Assembly: GCA_965242725.1 (NCBI GenBank)
Contig: CBDESZ010000027.1
Coordinates: forward strand, 47,223 to 111,222
Length of the DNA stretch: 64,000 nucleotides
Origin: Alkalispirochaeta sp.
GTDB taxonomy: Bacteria > Spirochaetota > Spirochaetia > DSM-27196 > Alkalispirochaetaceae
Direction: 5' to 3'
Part shown: in pieces, positions 18,994-28,886 of the stretch
Layout of the letters: every line of letters begins with the position of its first letter
How positions within the stretch are numbered: position 1 is the first letter of the stretch
Notes under the pieces: generated by a model
Database searches by the model: none
Told to the model about the DNA's origin: nothing
Seen by the model: only the letters and a program-made list of their open reading frames with translations
Made by a program: the position numbers and the translations under genes

Positions 18994-21172
18994 GCCGGGC
19001 GAGAAGGCGCCGCACCTGCTGGACTCCGTCAATTGAATAGCGGGCGGAAGTCGTTCCCATACCGACCTTGATTGAAATCGCATCTTCAGGAAGCGCCTGG
19101 AACATGTACTCGTCCGTCGCGTCGTCGCCGAGGGCGATAACCATCTCCCACTGTTCCTGTCCGACAAAGTGGTGCACCACCCGCCCCTTGTGTATGTGGG
19201 TCGGTTTGACCTCAAGCACGCGATTTCCGTCGAGGACGGACAGGTCGAGGTTTGAGGTGAGGCCGATGAGGGTCTCCCGCAGCTCCGCGAGACGTACCGA
19301 GGCGAGCTCCGGTTCGCTGTTGCGATAATGCCATGCCAGGGAAAAATCCTTTTCTTCCATTCTGGAACCGGGGGTCCGGTCCACCATTTGCGCGATAATC
19401 GGACCGATCGTCTCTTTCCACGTCGGCTGGTCCTCCGCTGCGGCGACCCACTCACCACCGGGATCCCGTATCCAGGCGCCGTGCCCCGCCCCGAGGCCGA
19501 AGTCGTACCGGCCGAACCACTCGTCCAGGTTGGGACGATCACGGCCGCTGGATATGACGACGCGGACGCCCGTTTTTTCCTGGAGGTCCGTAAGAAGCTG
19601 AAGGAGTTCTTCATCGGGCTTTGCCTGTTCCGGCCGCCGGTAAAAGCGCTGCAATGTGCCGTCGTAGTCGAGGATGAGCAGTTTCTGCCCGGCCGAACGC
19701 CATCTGCCGAGGAGATCCTCTTCTTCTTTTGTCTTGAGGGGGTTGGCCCTGAGGGCGGCCTGGAGGTTGTGGATGTCCGACAGCTTGTCCAGGAACTGCT
19801 GCGCCCAGTGCTGGACCGTCAACCGCTTGAGGCGGTTGCGCATTGGTGCGATGTGCTTCTCCTGCTCTTCTCCGGACATTGAGATGGTCTCATAGATCCC
19901 TTCCGCAATGCCGTCGATGTCGCTGGGGTTGACCTGGGTTGCCTCGCTCAACTCACGCGCCGCTCCGGCGGTCTCGCTGATCACCAGGCCGCCGCGGTCG
20001 TCGGTACACGCGGCGAGGTACTCCTTGGCGATGAGGTTCATGCCGTCCCGCAGGGGCGTGACAAGAAGCAGGTCCGCCCGACGGTAGAGCGCGCTCAGCT
20101 CGCCGAAGCCTGCGGTCTGGTACTGGTAGTGTATGGGCATCCAGTTGAAGGTGCTGAAGCGGCCGTTGATGCTGCTCACGAGTCCGTCAATTTCCCCTTT
20201 GAGTTCCATATAGCGGGGTACCGACTCCCGGGACGGGGCGACGATCATGAAGAGCACGATCTTCTCATGCAGTTCAGGATATTTTTCAAGGAGGCGGCCG
20301 AAGGAGCGAATCCTCGTGGGTATGCCCTTGCTGTAATCGAGGCGGTCTACGGAGAGAATGAGTTTCTGTCCCGCGTACTGTTCTGTTAGTGTTGAAAGCA
20401 CTTCTCCCACGACGGGAAGGCGATCGGCCCGGGCGTACCGGTCCCAGTCGATTCCCATTGGAAAGACGTCGACCTTCACTGCCCTGTTCGGAGTCTGGAT
20501 GACGCCCATGGCGTGGTCGTAACTGAGCACGCGACGCACGCTTGAAAGAAAATGGCGGGCGTAGTCATAGGTGTGAAAACCGATGAGATCCGCTCCCAGA
20601 AGGCCCCTGAGTATTTCTTCCCGCCAGGGAAGGAGACGAAATATCTCATAGGAGGGAAAGGGTATGTGGAGAAAAAATCCGACCTGTACGTCCGGGAATT
20701 CCCTTTTTATGAGTTCCGGCAGGAGCATGAGCTGGTAGTCATGGACCCATACCCGGGCATCAGGCTCTATTTCGCCCTTCAGGATTTCAAAAAACCGGTG
20801 GTTTATCTCCCGATAGGTCTCCCAGGTCGTCCGATCGTAGTCTGTATAGGTAGGAAAATAGTGAAAGAGGGGCCAGACCGTATCGTTGCAGAAGCCCGCA
20901 TAGTACAGTTCCAGCTCCCGGGAGGTAATGGGTACCGTGATCGCTCCGTGTTCTTCCCGGAGGGTGCGGCTGATCGTACGTCGTTCCGTCTCGGTCAGTT
21001 CGTCGTCAGGGAGGCCGCTCCAGCCGACCCACAGGGTCTGTTCATTTTCACCGGTCGAAACGGAGCTGAGGCCGGTGGCCAGTCCGCCGACGCTGGGAAC
21101 GAAGTGAATGCCTTCCTGATCACGATCCACCCGCACGGCAAGTCGATTGGATACGAATACTGTCTGTTTCAT
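18980..21172 (-). CDS. otsA: bifunctional trehalose-6-phosphate synthase / trehalose-6-phosphate phosphatase (OtsA-OtsB fusion)
   Basis: An N-terminal GT20 domain of about 470 aa (VSNRL..., [21 protein letters not shown]) is followed by a C-terminal HAD phosphatase ([10 protein letters not shown]...GDDATDE). Confidence 0.9.
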   Translation of the reverse strand: MKQTVFVSNRLAVRVDRDQEGIHFVPSVGGLATGLSSVSTGENEQTLWVGWSGLPDDELTETERRTISRTLREEHGAITVPITSRELELYYAGFCNDTVWPLFHYFPTYTDYDRTTWETYREINHRFFEILKGEIEPDARVWVHDYQLMLLPELIKREFPDVQVGFFLHIPFPSYEIFRLLPWREEILRGLLGADLIGFHTYDYARHFLSSVRRVLSYDHAMGVIQTPNRAVKVDVFPMGIDWDRYARADRLPVVGEVLSTLTEQYAGQKLILSVDRLDYSKGIPTRIRSFGRLLEKYPELHEKIVLFMIVAPSRESVPRYMELKGEIDGLVSSINGRFSTFNWMPIHYQYQTAGFGELSALYRRADLLLVTPLRDGMNLIAKEYLAACTDDRGGLVISETAGAARELSEATQVNPSDIDGIAEGIYETISMSGEEQEKHIAPMRNRLKRLTVQHWAQQFLDKLSDIHNLQAALRANPLKTKEEEDLLGRWRSAGQKLLILDYDGTLQRFYRRPEQAKPDEELLQLLTDLQEKTGVRVVISSGRDRPNLDEWFGRYDFGLGAGHGAWIRDPGGEWVAAAEDQPTWKETIGPIIAQMVDRTPGSRMEEKDFSLAWHYRNSEPELASVRLAELRETLIGLTSNLDLSVLDGNRVLEVKPTHIHKGRVVHHFVGQEQWEMVIALGDDATDEYMFQALPEDAISIKVGMGTTSARYSIDGVQQVRRLLARLREN

Positions 21173-21182
21173 ACAGTTCTAA

Positions 21183-21211
21183 ATAATAATACATATCGCC
21201 GACACAATCAA
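21183..21211 (-). promoter_or_regulatory. candidate sigma70-type promoter of otsAB
   Basis: On the minus strand: TTGATT (21211-21206), a 17-nt spacer, then TATTAT (21188-21183). This lies about 10 nt upstream of the ATG at 21172, and no Shine-Dalgarno sequence is visible. Pattern match only. Confidence 0.3.
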
Positions 21212-21214
21212 AGA

Positions 21215-21235
21215 GAAGTATTCACAACCGTGTTG
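21215..21235. repeat. IS left terminal inverted repeat
   Basis: See the mobile element entry. The outer 13 bp, GAAGTATTCACAA, are identical in both ends. Confidence 0.6.
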
Positions 21236-21270
21236 AAAAAGCGACAGTAGTCATTGGTGTGTAGGGAGTT

Positions 21271-22494
21271 ATGACGGGAACCCAACTTTGCGGGTTCCCG
21301 ATCCGTACCCCGGAGGTATCCCTCATGCCCATTCCGACCCATTGTTCCAATCCTGCCTGTCGCCATTTCCACCATCCGCCGCCCCGTTGGCGCGTCCGCT
21401 TCGGCTCCTACGATACAGTGGCCCACGGAACCGTCCCGCGCTATCGCTGTATCGCCTGCGGCAAGACCTTCAGTGATCAGACCGAATCCATGCACTACTA
21501 CGCCAAACGACGCCTCCCCCTCAAGGCGATCTCCACCACCCTCACCGGCGGCGCCTCCATGCGCGAAGCGGCGACTCGCTATCACGTCTCTCCGGCAGCG
21601 ATACGAAACGCCGTTCTGCGCCTCGGTCGTCAGGCAATGATCGGGCACATCCATCTGCTGGATACCATGCCACCCCTCCGGAATGTCGTCTTCGACGGCC
21701 TGCGGTCATTCGTGACCTCCCAGGACTACCCCTGCGATATCACCACGGTGGTCAGTCGAACCGGTGAGATGATCCTGACCATGACCCATACCATCACCCG
21801 TCGGGGCGGTACCATGACATCCCGACAACGACGACGACGGCGACAAAAGTACGCCGTATGGTCCCCGACGAAGGGGGCGGTGGGGAGCGCTATCTCTCTG
21901 TTGTGTCGTGAAATACTCGACTATGTCCGATATACCTGCACGGCACCGATTGTTATCGACACCGACGAACACCCGGTGTATCGATCGGTTCTCCGGTCGA
22001 ACGACTGTTACCGGCATCTCCGGACGGCGGGGCAGCTGACGCATATCCGGACCGCGGGGAGTGCCCCGCGGACGATGGAGAACCGGTTGTTTCCGGTAAA
22101 CTATGTTGACCGGCTGTTGCGGCACCGGGAGAAGGAACATACCCGGGAGACGATCGCCTTCGGGCGTCATGGAACGATCCAGATGCATCGGGCGTGGGTA
22201 TTCGGGTGGAACCATAACTGCGTGCGGCCGTGGCGGGAGAAGCGGGCAGAGATGGGAAGTCACGCCTCTGCGGCGGGGATCTCGTCGGAATTGATCCGCG
22301 GGTTGAATGAACGGTTCTATACCCGACGATACCGGGTGAACCGGCAGGCGATACCGGAATCGATCCGGGAGGTCTTTCTTGCACAGGTCGCGACGCCGCC
22401 GGTGCGGTGGAAGAAGGGGCAGAAAGGTACGACCGTCAGGGTTCCCGGGTATGCGGCCCGGGATCTCCTGGCGGCCGTATCAACAGGCTTGTGA
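21271..22494 (+). CDS. putative transposase (N-terminal zinc ribbon + HTH, C-terminal DDE-like region)
   Basis: CSNPACRHF...RYRCIACGKTF zinc ribbon, an HTH-like ASMREAATRYHVSPAAIRNAV, acidic candidates (VVFDGLRSF, VIDTDEHP) and a C-terminal block NYVDRLLRHREKEHTRETIAFGR. That block resembles the E/RxxxR...FSK block of IS1/IS1595-type enzymes. Confidence 0.55.
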   Translation: MTGTQLCGFPIRTPEVSLMPIPTHCSNPACRHFHHPPPRWRVRFGSYDTVAHGTVPRYRCIACGKTFSDQTESMHYYAKRRLPLKAISTTLTGGASMREAATRYHVSPAAIRNAVLRLGRQAMIGHIHLLDTMPPLRNVVFDGLRSFVTSQDYPCDITTVVSRTGEMILTMTHTITRRGGTMTSRQRRRRRQKYAVWSPTKGAVGSAISLLCREILDYVRYTCTAPIVIDTDEHPVYRSVLRSNDCYRHLRTAGQLTHIRTAGSAPRTMENRLFPVNYVDRLLRHREKEHTRETIAFGRHGTIQMHRAWVFGWNHNCVRPWREKRAEMGSHASAAGISSELIRGLNERFYTRRYRVNRQAIPESIREVFLAQVATPPVRWKKGQKGTTVRVPGYAARDLLAAVSTGL

Positions 22495-22501
22495 ATACTT
22501 C
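22481..22501. repeat. IS right terminal inverted repeat (overlaps the transposase stop codon)
   Basis: CAACAGGCTTGTGAATACTTC. Its reverse complement matches IRL. Confidence 0.6.
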
Positions 22502-22506
22502 AGGAA

Positions 22507-23493
22507 CTACCAGTTGTGGTGAACGTGTTTCCTGATCGTCGTCTCGTATATTTCGTCGATCCTCGCATGGACCTCCGGAGACAACGGGGCCATGTCGGAA
22601 ACGGCGATATTAGAAGCCACCTGATCCGGCCGGGAAGCGCCGGGTATGACCGTGGAGACTGCGGGGTGATCGAGAACCCACCGTATCGCCGCCTGGGCGG
22701 GTGTCATACCGGCGGGCAGTACCTTTTTGATCGCTTCAACCGCCTCGAGACCGATATCATAGGGAACGCCGCTGAATGTTTCTCCCTTGTCGAAGGCGGC
22801 TCCGTCGCGATTGAAGTTCCGGTGGTCTTCCCTGGCAAAGGTCGTGTTTTTGGTGAACTTTCCGCTCAAAAGACCGCTCGCCAGGGGAACGCGGACGATG
22901 ATACCGACTCCCGCCGCCATTGCACGGGTAAAGAAGTCCTCCCGGGGACGCATACGGAACATGTTGAATATGATCTGTACGGTCTTGACGTTGGGATACA
23001 GGATCGCTTTCTGCGCTTCTTCAACCTTTTCAACCGAAACGCCGAGATTGGCGATCTTCCCCTCCTCTTTCAGCCGGTCAAAGAGTTCAAATATCTCCGG
23101 TCGATAGTAGACGTCCGTGGGTGGACAGTGGAGTTGAATGAGGTCAAGTCGCTCCAAACCGCTGTTTTTAAGGCTCTCTTCAACGAAGCCGCGCAGCGCC
23201 TTCGGGGTGTATCCTTCAGCGACGTGGGGGGATATGCGCCGACCGCACTTGGTCGCCACCGCGATGTTTTGGTCCCGACGTCGTACAACCTTTCCGACGG
23301 TCTCTTCGCTCCTTCCGTCACTGTAGACGTCGGCGGTGTCAATAAAATTGACGCCTCCTTCAACTGCGCTGTCGATGATCTTTTCAGCTGTCGGGACGTC
23401 GAAATCGCGCCCCCATCCGCCGCCGACCTGCCAGGTGCCGAGAGACACCTCCGAGATTTTCAGTCCTGTCGTGCCTAAAGTTCTGTAATTCAT
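22507..23493 (-). CDS. aldo/keto reductase
   Basis: MNYRTLGTTGLKISEVSLGTWQVGGGWG...FIDTADVYSDGRSEE is a typical AKR N-terminus with the catalytic Tyr context. Confidence 0.85.
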   Translation of the reverse strand: MNYRTLGTTGLKISEVSLGTWQVGGGWGRDFDVPTAEKIIDSAVEGGVNFIDTADVYSDGRSEETVGKVVRRRDQNIAVATKCGRRISPHVAEGYTPKALRGFVEESLKNSGLERLDLIQLHCPPTDVYYRPEIFELFDRLKEEGKIANLGVSVEKVEEAQKAILYPNVKTVQIIFNMFRMRPREDFFTRAMAAGVGIIVRVPLASGLLSGKFTKNTTFAREDHRNFNRDGAAFDKGETFSGVPYDIGLEAVEAIKKVLPAGMTPAQAAIRWVLDHPAVSTVIPGASRPDQVASNIAVSDMAPLSPEVHARIDEIYETTIRKHVHHNW

Positions 23494-23607
23494 AGTTCAA
23501 GGGTATGGCTCCCGGACGTCTCCGTCAACGGGAGAGACCGCAGGCGCAGCCGGTACCCGCCGTCCCACATGATACCTTCATCACGATTTATCGCCTGAGC
23601 GCCATTT

Positions 23608-24771
23608 TTACCGCCGTTCCAGCCGGTACAGTCCACCGTCGGGACTCTCGTCGGTGAGAACGTATATTTCTCCGTCCGGCGCGCTCCGGACGTCCCGGAA
23701 TCGCGCAAAACCCTCAAAGAGCGCCTCCTCTTCTACCGGACGAAGTGCGTCGTCAAGACCGACCCGTCGCAGGTGGGTACCGGCAAGCGCACCGACGAGG
23801 ATATCGCCGTCCCATGGCAAGAACGGTCCGTCCTGCACAAATGCCAGACCCGACGGCGCGATGGAGGGCGTCCAATGGAGAAGAGGATCGACAAACCCTG
23901 CGCGGGTGGTGTCGTCGGTGATCGGCCTGCCGCTGTATTCAACACCGTGGGTCACCAGTGGCCAGCCGTAATTACCGCCGCCCCGAAGGATATTAATCTC
24001 GTCGCCGCCTCTCGGTCCGTGTTCATGGGCCCAGATTGCCCCCGTCTCGGGATGACGGGCCATGCCTTGTATGTTGCGATGTCCCCAGGTGAAGAGGCCG
24101 CGGGCGGACTGGCCGGAACCGATACGGGGGTTGTCGGCGGGTTCTCTTCCGTCGGGGTGGAGACGGACGACGCTTCCCTGATGGTTTGAGGGATCCTGGG
24201 CCATCTCCCGCTCTCCCCTTTCGCCGACGGAAATGTATATGGCGCCGTCGTCACCAAAGGCGATCCTGCTGCCGAAATGACGACCGCCGGAGACGGCTCT
24301 GTTCAGGGTGAAAACCTCTTCCCATCCCGTGAGTACCATTTCCTCCCCGCGATGGGTCAGTCTTCCTCTGCCGGCGGCGGTAACCGCGCCGTTTCGGACG
24401 CGTTTGGAATAGGTAAGATAAATGTAGGAATCCTCGGCGAAGGAGGGTCCCGCCACTACATCGAGCAGTCCCCCCTGTCCCGCCGTATATACCTCAGGTG
24501 TTCCGTCGACACGTGCAATCCGGGACGTTCCGTTGGTGTCTATATACCAGAGCACTCCCTGTCGCTCGGTGATGAGGAATTTCCCGTCACCCAGGGGGGC
24601 AACCGCCCATGGATGATCCAGCCCGGTTACGATTTCCCGGAGCACAAGGGGGCCCAGGGAACTGTCTGTCTCCGCCGCGATATCTCCTGACAATCGCTGT
24701 GCCGGAAGAAATACGGACGTGCCCAATATGAGGACGAGGGACAATACGCTGTATCGCAGGTGTCGTGACAT
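23608..24771 (-). CDS. PQQ-dependent soluble sugar (aldose/sorbosone) dehydrogenase, secreted
   Basis: Signal peptide followed by LDHPWAVAPLGDG, GHRNIQGMARHP, HEHGPRGGDEIN and GGNYGWP, the beta-propeller motifs of the YliI/sGDH family. Confidence 0.85.
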   Translation of the reverse strand: MSRHLRYSVLSLVLILGTSVFLPAQRLSGDIAAETDSSLGPLVLREIVTGLDHPWAVAPLGDGKFLITERQGVLWYIDTNGTSRIARVDGTPEVYTAGQGGLLDVVAGPSFAEDSYIYLTYSKRVRNGAVTAAGRGRLTHRGEEMVLTGWEEVFTLNRAVSGGRHFGSRIAFGDDGAIYISVGERGEREMAQDPSNHQGSVVRLHPDGREPADNPRIGSGQSARGLFTWGHRNIQGMARHPETGAIWAHEHGPRGGDEINILRGGGNYGWPLVTHGVEYSGRPITDDTTRAGFVDPLLHWTPSIAPSGLAFVQDGPFLPWDGDILVGALAGTHLRRVGLDDALRPVEEEALFEGFARFRDVRSAPDGEIYVLTDESPDGGLYRLERR

Positions 24772-24801
24772 GAGAACCTCCCGGTATAGAAGGTACGAAG
24801 T

Positions 24802-25767
24802 TCACACGGAGCGGGACAACCGAATATAGGCGAGTGAGGCGAGAACAACCGATGCGCCGAATATTGTCTGTAACCCCGGTACTTCTCCAAACAGAAAGGC
24901 GGCGAGAATGGAAGCGAATACCGGTTCCATAAGTATGGAGAGAGAAACGTCGGGAGCCGAGACATAACGGAGAGTCCAGTTGAGGAGGCTGTGTCCGAGG
25001 ATGGTACAGAAAACGGCAAGGGCGGCAAAAATCATGTATTCCCGGAGGGCATACGGATAGAGGGGCCGGCGAAATACGCCGGCAAGCCCGATCAGCACGA
25101 GCGCAGCTACAAGATGAACGGAGAAGTTGTACCACCTCGCCGTCATCGTTCGCCGAACAAAGCTACCGATCACAATATACCCTGCAACGGCAACCGCACC
25201 CCCCGCGGCAAGCAGATCACCTCCCAGTGTCGGGACGCGGCCGCTGACGCTGCCGCCTCCGGCGAGGACCACCGCGCCGATGAGGGCCGCAATGGTCCCT
25301 CCGAGACGCTTCATTTCAATGGGTCGGCCCAGAAACAGCGCCGAGCCGACGAGGACAATGACGGGGTGAATCGTAACAAGAACCGTGGAATGAACAACAC
25401 TCGTGTATGAAAGGGAGGTGATCCACGTCGCAAAATGGAGCGCAAGAAACGTTCCGCTTGCAATGACAAGAATCGCCGGGCGTCGCACACCCCGTTGGAT
25501 TCCGTCGGGAGACACCCCTTCCGACGGGGACTCCGGAGACGTCTGGGACGTCGAAGGCAGTGACGTACCGGGCCGGAAAGAAGGAATATAAGAAGTACCG
25601 CGCCGGAATCCGGTAACGACCGGTCCGAAGGAGAGGAGGACTGCGGCGATGATCATTCTCCAGGCGGCGACAACGAGGGGCGGCGCCGTACTCAGCCGGA
25701 CGAGTATCGATGAGAGAGAGGTGAATGCAACGGCAATCACCATGATCACGTGGGCGTAACGGGCCAC
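24802..25767 (-). CDS. EamA/DMT-family transporter
   Basis: About ten hydrophobic helices in two EamA-like halves. An unusual Ser/Pro/Thr-rich loop (RRGTSYIPSFRPGTSLPSTSQTSPESPSEGVSPDG) follows the second helix. Confidence 0.8.
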   Translation of the reverse strand: MARYAHVIMVIAVAFTSLSSILVRLSTAPPLVVAAWRMIIAAVLLSFGPVVTGFRRGTSYIPSFRPGTSLPSTSQTSPESPSEGVSPDGIQRGVRRPAILVIASGTFLALHFATWITSLSYTSVVHSTVLVTIHPVIVLVGSALFLGRPIEMKRLGGTIAALIGAVVLAGGGSVSGRVPTLGGDLLAAGGAVAVAGYIVIGSFVRRTMTARWYNFSVHLVAALVLIGLAGVFRRPLYPYALREYMIFAALAVFCTILGHSLLNWTLRYVSAPDVSLSILMEPVFASILAAFLFGEVPGLQTIFGASVVLASLAYIRLSRSV

Positions 25768-25781
25768 CCCTCTGCCGTCGC

Positions 25782-26354
25782 TCAGGTCAGTACGTCCGAG
25801 AGAGGAAGATCCCCCATGAAACTCATCGCCTGGACGCAGTGTTCAAAGAGGCGCATACACTGCCGTGCATCGTCTCTGGCACGATGAGCCGTGTTTGCCG
25901 GAATTCCGAGCATTTCCACGAGGTTCTGTAAGGAGTAGCTCTTCTTGCCGGGAAACGCCTTCTGGGCGAGGGTCTGGGTATCGATAATCAGATTTTCCAC
26001 CGTCGGCAGGCCGCTTCGCTGCAGTTCCGCCCGTAAGAAACTTGTATCAAACTCGGCGTTATGGGCGAGGAGAATCGCATCTCCCGCAAATTCCATGAAT
26101 CGCGGCAACACCGCTTCGGTGGGGGCTTTCCCCGCAACCATGGTGTCGTCTATACCGCTGACCCGTGCAGCGTCTACGTGTATCGGCCGCCCCGGATTTG
26201 CAAGCTCTTCAAACTCCGCGAGCTCCTGCCCGATGGTAAACCGGACGGCGCCGAATTCAACGACCCGGTCAACCGCCGGATGAAGTCCCGTCGTCTCAAA
26301 ATCAAATGCAACAAAGGTAAATTCAGCTACCCCTTTGGTGGTATCTACAATCAC
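25782..26354 (-). CDS. DEDDh 3'-5' exonuclease (DnaQ/epsilon-like)
   Basis: ExoI FVAFDFETTG, ExoII LLAHNAEFD and ExoIII HRARDDARQC. Confidence 0.8.
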   Translation of the reverse strand: MIVDTTKGVAEFTFVAFDFETTGLHPAVDRVVEFGAVRFTIGQELAEFEELANPGRPIHVDAARVSGIDDTMVAGKAPTEAVLPRFMEFAGDAILLAHNAEFDTSFLRAELQRSGLPTVENLIIDTQTLAQKAFPGKKSYSLQNLVEMLGIPANTAHRARDDARQCMRLFEHCVQAMSFMGDLPLSDVLT

Positions 26355-28161
26355 CGTCCTGCACCCCTTTCAGCCTTTTCAATGATGCTCCGGATATCTC
26401 CGTCGATCGCCGCGATTCGGGCGGCAACCTGACGGCGTGCCTCGTCGAGGGGTGTCCCCGGAGCGGAGTGACAGCTCGCATAGAACTTGATTTTCGGCTC
26501 CGTTCCGGAGGGACGGGCGCTCACCTTGCTGCCGTCGCTGAGGAAGAACTGCAGCACATTTGAGGAAGGCAGCCCCGGCCCTTTGGTAATGGACGGCTTG
26601 CCGTCCTCCCCTCCCGTTGAATAGTCGGTGACCCTGTCATTCTTGATATCCAGGATCTTCCCGACCGCAACGCCTCCGAGTTCCCGGGGCGGATTCTCCC
26701 GCAGGTCCTTCATCACACCGGCCATGATCTGTTGCCCCGACTGCCCTCGAAATATTTTGAGGTTGTCTGCTCTTCCCAGTATCCGAAGCGGTCCCAGAGC
26801 TGCTCAAGCCGCTCAAGCACGCTGATGCCTTTACTGCGCCAGTGCAGTGCCATCTCGATGGTCATCATCGTTGCGGTGATGCTGTCTTTGTCCCGCACCT
26901 CCGTACCGATCAGGTATCCGTAGCTTTCTTCGTCACCCATGATGAAGACGGGAGAGCCCGGTTCTTCCTCGAGCTTCCGCATGATTGCGGCGATATGCTT
27001 GAAACCGGTGAGGGTCTGATACACTTTTGCGCCGTAGTACTCAGCAACGGCGTTCTGCAACTCCGTCGTGACCACCGTCGTCACGAAGGCGGGATTCTCC
27101 GGCAGCGTACCCGACTCTTTTCGCTGACCAAGTATGTAGTCCGCCAATAAGACACCAAGCTGATTGCCGGTAATCAGCTGCATATCGTCCCCGACGGGAA
27201 CGGCAATTCCCACCCGGTCGGCGTCGGGATCGGTACCGATGACGATGTCCGCGCGTTTTTCCCGGCCCAGTGCAACGGCCATTTCCATCGCACTCGCCTC
27301 CTCCGGATTGGGAAACTTCACCGTAGGAAATTCGCCGTCCGGCTCCCGCTGTTCCGGCACGGTAATGACCTTCACACCGAGCTGGTTCAGTACCGGCTCC
27401 ACCATGATCGCACCGGTGCCGTGCAGGGGCGTGTAGACCGCCGTCACCTCGGATCCCTTCCGCTGAAGCAGTTCAGGCTGCACCGATTGCCGTTTCACCA
27501 TGGCGATAAACTTCTCGTCGATTTCCTCGTCGATATAAACGAGGAGCCCCTTTTCGAGGGCTTCCGACTCCGACAGAGAGACAATTCCCTCCGGCTTTAC
27601 GGTCATGACAGTCTCGATAATCGCGGTATCGTGGGGTGCGACAATTTGTGCACCGTCGCCCCAGTACACCTTGTACCCGTTGTACTGCGGGGGATTGTGA
27701 CTCGCCGTCACCATGACCCCCACCGACGCATCAAGCTCACGGACCGCAAAGGAAAGCTCAGGTGTCGGTCTCAGAGCGCTGAACAGGTACGCTTTAATGC
27801 CGTGAGCCGCAAATACGAGCGCCGCCGAGAGGGCGAACTCCCGGGAATAGCGACGACAGTCGTAGGAAATCACCGCCGAACGGGTGCCGTCGGCGGCGCT
27901 TTTCCCTTCTTGTTTTACATACCGGGCAAGTCCCGTCGTTGCGCGGGCGATGACAAAGGGATTCATACGGTTGAAACCTCCGCCGATCACGCCGCGAAGA
28001 CCGCCGGTGCCGAACTCAAGATCTGTATAAAACCGGTCCGCCAGTTCGTCCCACTCTTCGTTATTCAAAAGACGTCGAACTTCGTCGGCAAAGGTCTTGT
28101 CCTGCTCCGCCGAAATATACCGGTCTGCGGCGTTTTTAACTTCTTCCCGATTCATCATCAT
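26351..28161 (-). pseudogene. phosphoglucomutase/phosphomannomutase (alpha-D-phosphohexomutase), frameshifted as assembled
   Basis: TASHNPPQYNGYK (active-site Ser loop) and GTDPDADR lie in the 26713-28257 ORF. The C-terminal domain (QSGQQIMAGVMKDLRENPP...RPSGTEPKIKFY) continues in the 26351-26725 ORF. The switch is near 26741-26750. The likely start is one of three ATGs at 28155-28161, after GAAGGAG. Confidence 0.8.
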
Positions 28162-28850
28162 TCTCCTTCGGTAGGTTACACAGAATCTGTCGCAATTCTT
28201 CCACACTATAACACAGGTGCTCCGGATTCGAATCCCGGATTTCCCCGCTGTCACCATATCCCCACATTACGGCGACGGCAACGCAACCCGCATTTCGCGC
28301 GGTTTGCATGTCAATGACGGTATCACCGACAAAACAGCACGCCTCCGCGGAAACACCGCTCCCCGCAAGGAGGGTATGCACAGAGGCGGGGTCGGGTTTC
28401 CGGGGAGCATCATCCCGCTGACCCGATACACCCGCAAATCTGACGGTGGGAAACATCGTCGCCACCACCGTGCGGGCAACGTCGTCGGGCTTATTGGTCA
28501 GCACATAAAGCGGGATATCCCGCCGCTGGAGTTCCTCGAGAATATCCGTCATCCCGTCGAAGACGGAGGCAAGGTCGGCGGGGTGGGCGTTCATGTACTC
28601 CCGACACTCCATGGTGATCGACCGGACCAGCACCGCATCCTCCCGGGCTTCCGCTCCAAGGGAACGTCTCACCGTTTCCATCACCCCCCAGCCTATTCTC
28701 GTCCGATACGATTCCACCGGGGCGGTGGCAAAACCGTGCCGGCTGAGTACGGTATTCAACGCCTGGGCGATGTCACCGATGGTGTCGAGAAGAGTGCCGT
28801 CGAGGTCAAAAATTACCGCTGCGGGAAAAACCGATCTTGTCGTCGTGCAC
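28136..28850 (-). pseudogene. HAD-superfamily phosphatase (phosphoglycolate-phosphatase-like), N-terminus disrupted as assembled
   Basis: The ORF from TTG 28759 has HAD motifs II-IV (LTNK; FVGDTVIDMQTARNAG) but lacks motif I. Motif I (AAVIFDLDGTLLDT) is encoded in-frame just upstream with no ATG/GTG/TTG. A GTG at 28850 comes into frame if the A5 run at 28826-28830 is one base shorter. Confidence 0.65.
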
Positions 28851-28886
28851 CGCTAAACGGTATCGTCTCCCCACTGGAAAGGTCAA

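Larger units (their letters stand above)
21215..22501 (+). mobile_element. insertion sequence (about 1.29 kb) with one transposase ORF and imperfect terminal inverted repeats; family uncertain
   Basis: IRL GAAGTATTCACAACCGTGTTG (21215-21235) matches the reverse complement of IRR (22481-22501), GAAGTATTCACAAGCCTGTTG, at 19 of 21 positions. The repeats bracket the 407-aa ORF exactly. I found no convincing target-site duplication. Confidence 0.6.

Noticed and set aside
22516-23478. Long antisense ORFs in the track. Examples: 22516-23478 (+), 8195-9013 (+), 30272-31360 (-), 33959-34804 (-), 17947-18570 (-), 55117-55950 (-), 27421-28317 (+), 41173-41775 (-), 36645-37304 (-) and 18949-19614 (-).
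   Set aside because: Each lies entirely opposite a gene with strong family motifs. They have Arg/Pro/Gly-rich, low-information translations typical of shadow ORFs in GC-rich DNA.
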